From the human T2T-CHM13v2.0 reference genome, Homo sapiens, in assembly GCF_009914755.1 (NCBI RefSeq), contig NC_060925.1: 64,000 nucleotides of DNA; one strand, given 5' to 3'. Below are positions 61,545 through 64,000 of this stretch, piece by piece. Positions within the stretch are counted from its first letter, which is position 1, and every line of letters starts with the position of its first letter. Both the position numbers and the translations under genes were made by a program. The notes beneath the pieces are model-generated. The model saw only the letters and a list, made by a program, of their open reading frames with translations, did not search any database and was not told the DNA's origin.

Positions 61545-64000
61545 TTTATAGTAGCCTTGAATGATCTTTTGTATTTCAGTGGTGTCAGGTTTAATACCTC
61601 CTGTTTTGTTTGTTAGTGAAGTTATTTGGATTTTCTCTCTTCTTTTCTTAGTTAATCTTGCTAATGGTCTATCAATGTTATTTTTCTTTTCAAAGAACCA
61701 GCTTTTTGTTTCATTTATCTTTTGTAGTTTTTTTCAATTTCATTTATTTCTCTGATCTTGGTTATTTCCTTTCTTCTGGTGGGTTTGGGTTTGGGTTTGG
61801 TTTGTTCTTGTTTCTCTAGTTCTTTGAGGTGTGAACTTAGATTGTCTGTTTGTGCACTTTCAGACTTTTTGATGTAGGTGTTTAGGGCTATGAACTTTCT
61901 TCTTAGCACTGCCTTTGCTGTATCCCAGAGGTTTTGATAGGTTGTGTCATTATTGTCATTCAGTTTGAAGAATTTTTTAATTTCCATCTTGATTTTGTTT
62001 TTGACCCAATGCTCATTCAGGAGCAGGTTATTTAATTTCCATGTATTTGCATGGTTTTGAAGATTCCCTTTGGAGTTGATTTCCAGTTTTATTCCACTGT
62101 GGTCCGATAGTGTGTTTGATATAATTTTAATTTTCTTAAATTTATTGAGGCTCATTTTATGGCCTATCATGTGGTCCATTTTGGAGAAAGTTCCATGCAC
62201 GGTTGAATAGAATGTGTATTGTGAGGTTGTTGGAAGAAATTTTCTGTATGTATCTGTTAAGTCCATTTGTTCCAAAGTATAGTTAATCCATTGTTTATTT
62301 GTTGATTTTCTGTCTTAATGACCTGTCTAGTGTTGTCAGTGGAGTATTGAAGTCCTCCAGCATTATTGTATTGCAGTCTATCTCATTTCTTAGGTCTATT
62401 AGTAATTATTTTATAAATTTGGGAGCTCCAGTGTTAGGTGCATATATGTTTAGGATTGTGATATTTTCCTGTTGGACAAGCCTTTTATCATTATATAATG
62501 TCCCTCTTTGTCTCTTTTAACCACTGTTGCTTTAAAGTTTGTTTTGTCTGATATAAGAATAGTTACCTCTGGTCGCTTTTGGTGTCCATTTGCATGAAAT
62601 GGCTTTTTCCACCCATTTACTTTAACTTTATGTGAGTCCTTATGTGTTCGGTGAGTCTCCTGAAGACAGTGGATAGTTGATTGGTGAGTTCTTATCTGTT
62701 CTGCAGTTCTGTATCTTTTAAGTGGAGCATTTAGGTGATTTACATTCAATGTTAGTATTGAAATGTGAGGTAATCCTTGCGTTCATCGTACTCTTTGTTG
62801 CCTGTGTACTTTGTTATTTTTTTGTTTTTGTTTTTTGCTTTTGCTTTTTACCTTGTATTTTTGTTTTGTAGGTCCTGTATGATTTATGCTTTAAAGAGGT
62901 TCTGTTTTGGTGTGTTTCCAGGCTTCGTTTCAAGATTTAGACCTCCTTTTAGCAGTTCTTATAGTGGTGGCTTGGTAATGGTGAATTCTCTCAGCAATTT
63001 TGTCTGAAAATGACTGTTTCTTTCCTTTACGTTTGATGCTTAGTTTTGCTGGAAACAGAATTCTTGGCTGATAATTGTTTTGTTTGAAGAGGCTAAAGAT
63101 AGGGCCGCATTGCCTTCTGGCTTGTACGGTTTCTGCTGAGAAATCTGCTAGGTTAGTCTGATATGTTTTCCTTTATAGGTTACCTGGTGCTTCTGTCTCA
63201 CAGCTCTTAAGATTTTTTTCCTTCATCTTAACTTTGGATAACCTGATGACAATGTGCCTAGGTGAAGATCTTTTTGTGATGAATTTCCCAGGTATTCTTT
63301 GTGCTTCTTATATTTGCATGTGTAGGTCTCTAGCTAGGTTGGGGAAGTTTTCCTCAATTATTCCCCCAAATATGTTTTCCAAGCTTTTAGAATTCTCTTC
63401 TTCCCCAGGAACACCCATTATTCTTAGGTTTGGTCATTTAACATGATCCCAGACTTCTTGGAGGATTTGTTCATATTTTCGTATTCTTTTTTCTTTGTCT
63501 TTGTTGGATTGGGTTAATTCAAAGACCTTGTCTTTGAGCTCTGAATTTCTTTCTTGTACTTGTTCAATTCTGTTGCTGAGACTTTCCAAAGCATTTTGCA
63601 TTTCTAAAAGCGTGTCCAAAGTTTCCTGAATTGTGGATTGTTTTCCTTTAAGCTGTCTATTTCATTGAATATTTATCCCTTCACTTCTTGTATCATTTTT
63701 TTGGATTTCCTTGCATTGGGCTTCACCTTTCTCTGGTCCTTCCCTGATTAGCTTAGTAACTAACCTCCTGAATTCTTTTTCAGATAAATCGGGATTTCTT
63801 CTTGGTTTGGATCCATTGCTGGTGAACCAGGATGATTTTTGGGGGGTGTTGAAGGGCCTTGTTTTGTCATATAACCAGAGTTGGTTTTCTGGTTCCTTCT
63901 CATTTGGGTAGGCTCTGTCAGAGAGAAGGTCTAAGGCTGAAGGCTGTTGTTCAGATTCTTTTGTCCCATGGGGTGTTCCCCTGATGTAGTACTCTCCCCC
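61545..64000 (-). mobile_element. Primate L1 remnant: ORF1 and ORF2 endonuclease domain, disrupted; continues past the window edge
   Basis: ORFs 62450-62749 (NVN.LN.P.KR...CLQETH), 61715-62275 ([10 protein letters not shown]) and 63434-63619 (ORF1 coiled coil). Confidence 0.93.

Noticed and set aside
61545-64000. Active L1
   Set aside because: ORF1 and ORF2 are broken by stops and frameshifts, and ORF2 is truncated after the endonuclease region

Overview
Human-type genomic DNA (Alu/L1/LTR-rich). The window holds most of KYAT3 (CCBL2, kynurenine aminotransferase 3) on the minus strand. I traced a non-coding exon 1 in a CpG-island promoter (~51.8-52.6 kb) and coding exons 2-13, whose GT-AG junctions splice in phase to residues 1-434, including the PLP-lysine motif SAGKTF. 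The last coding exon lies off the left edge. Nested in KYAT3 intron 2, on the same strand, is the intronless RBMX/hnRNP G retrogene RBMXL1 (CDS 42046-43218; retrocopy ~39817-43365 with a poly(A) remnant). It appears to be reached through a host-derived splice acceptor at 43459-43460. The most interesting structure is a shared splicing/translation switch. The 100-nt exon 2 encodes the predicted mitochondrial targeting peptide of KYAT3 but becomes a 56-codon uORF when spliced to RBMXL1. The retrocopy also carries an exon-like cassette with intact splice signals in its long 3' UTR. Other notable items: an antisense solo LTR12 with a downstream consensus donor, three CTCF-like motifs, a duplicated CCAAT/AP-1(ARE) promoter module, two fold-back template-switch scars, a MADE1 hairpin and a candidate in-frame cryptic exon at the left edge. 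Repeat family names and boundaries were assigned by eye and are approximate. No database searches were run.
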